Below, piece by piece: positions 62,480 through 64,000 of a stretch of 64,000 nucleotides of DNA; position 1 is the stretch's first letter; each line of letters starts with the position of its first letter. The translations under genes were made by a program, and so were the position numbers. A model generated the notes under the pieces. It did not search any database, had not been told where the DNA came from, and was given only the letters and a program-made list of their open reading frames with translations. This stretch comes from Isurus oxyrinchus (taxonomy: Eukaryota). The DNA lies in NCBI GenBank assembly GCA_026770705.1, contig JANJGN010000121.1, positions 1,426,001 to 1,490,000 of the forward strand, written 5' to 3'.

Positions 62480-64000
62480 ACATTACAACGAAAACTAACT
62501 GAATGGATTGCGAGAAAACACAGACAGATTTGACGATAGACAGGCAATGGCTGGTATTTAAAGGAATATAATAACGGTCTACAACAGATATACATTCCTC
62601 TAAGACCCAAGCAGCCAAAGGGAAAGGTAAATCCATCGTGGTTAACAAAAGGAGTTAAAAACTGCATTAAATCAGAGGAAATGGTTGGTAAGATTGACAG
62701 AAAAGGTAGTGAGACTGAGGATTGGGAGCAATTTAGAACGCAGCAAAGGAGGACCAAGGAACTGATAGAGACAGGGAAAAGGGAATATGAATATAAACTA
62801 GTGAGGAAGATGGCGATGGCCCAGTGGTATTGTCACTGGACTAGTGATCCTGAGACTCAGGGTAATGCTCTGGGGGCCTGGGTTCAAATCGCAGATGGTG
62901 AAATTTGAATTCAATAAACATCTGGAATTGCTGATTGTCATAAAGACTCATCTAGTTCACTAATGCCCTTTAAGGAAGGAAATCTGCTGTCCTTACACAC
63001 AAAGCAAAGCTCCCTCTGCACCGTCCCCATCAAACACTCCCTGGACAGGTACAGCACGGGGTTAGATACAGAGTAAAGCTCCCTCTACACTGTCCCCATC
63101 AAACACTCCCAGGACAGGTACAGCACGGGGTTAGATATAGCAATATGGTTGACTTCTTTTAAATGGCCTAGGAAGCCATTCAGTTAGGGATGGGCAATAA
63201 ATGCTGAGCCAGCGATGCACAGGTCCCCTGAAGGAAATTAAAAAAATAAAGGCAGACTGTAAAAGCTTCTTTAGGTAGGTGAGAAGGAAAAGGTTAGCGG
63301 GAACAAGTGTGGGTCCATTACAGGTGGAGACAGGAGAATTTTAATGGAGAACAGGGAAATGGCGGAGAAGCTAAAAAATTACTTTGCATCTGTCTTCCCG
63401 GAGGAAGATACAGGGAAACTCCCAGGAATATTATGTGACCGAGGGACTTGTGAAACTGAGGAACTAGAAGAAATGGGTATTAGTGCAGAGGTAGTGCTTG
63501 AAAAATTAACTGGACTGAAGATTTGTCAAATCCCCTGTATCTGACGAGCTTCATCCCAGAGTGATGGAGGAGGTGGCTGGAGAGATGGTGGATACATCGG
63601 TGGTTATCGTTCAAAATTCAGAACGTTCTGGAAAGATTCCTGCAGACTGGAAAGTAGCAAATGTAACCCCACTATTTCAGGAGGGAGGGAGAGGGAGAAT
63701 GGAGAACAACAGACCTGTTAGTCTGACGTCAGTAGCAGGGAAAATGTTGGAATCTATTATTAAGGTCATTTAGAAAAGAATGGTAAAATTGGGCAGAGTC
63801 AACATGGATTTCCGAAAGGGAAATTATGTTTGACAAACTTCTTGGAGTTTTCTGAGGATGTCACTTGCGGCATGGGTAAGGAGAACCAGTGGATGTGGTG
63901 TATTTGGATTTTCAGGAAGTTTTTCATAAAAGGTCCCACACAGGAGGTTAGCGAACAAAATTAGAGCACATGGGATTGGGGGTAATACCAAGGCTCCTTT
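62480..64000 (+). mobile_element. Degenerate CR1 LINE ORF2 (linker to RT N-terminus) interrupted by a SINE
   Basis: MAEKL.NYFASVF, P.DWKVANVTPLF..G.R....N.RPVSLTSV.GK.LESIIK, SQHGF..GK.CLTNLLEF and YLDF motifs; SINE inserted at about 62810-63245. Confidence 0.85.

Overview
Repeat-rich vertebrate genomic DNA, most likely from a shark (elasmobranch), judged from its CR1/L2 LINE, SINE and minisatellite content. Three genes can be reconstructed from splice sites and reading frame. (1) 573-24548 (+) is the 3' part of a Siglec-like (CD22/MAG/sialoadhesin-type) receptor. Its stalk is a tandem array of at least nine ~1.7-kb units, each with one intact 258-bp C2-set Ig exon. A MAG-D5-like Ig exon, a TM exon and two cytoplasmic exons ending DDDLYANCEFAEDSVYGNL* follow. 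The introns after exons 1-8 each carry a CCAAT/TATA plus minimal hammerhead-ribozyme-like cassette on the sense strand. (2) 27026-32478 (+) is a second, MAG-like Siglec with one leader exon, two duplicated V-set exons that both keep the sialic-acid-binding Arg, and a C2 exon whose splice donor is lost, so it is either a soluble form or a pseudogene. A 5'-truncated Penelope-like element lies in its first coding intron. (3) 39105-62405 (-) holds the last eight coding exons of PPP2R1A (PP2A scaffold A-alpha), including one GC-AG intron. The remainder is LINE/SINE fragments, five minisatellite families, G-rich and GA-rich simple repeats and five N gaps.
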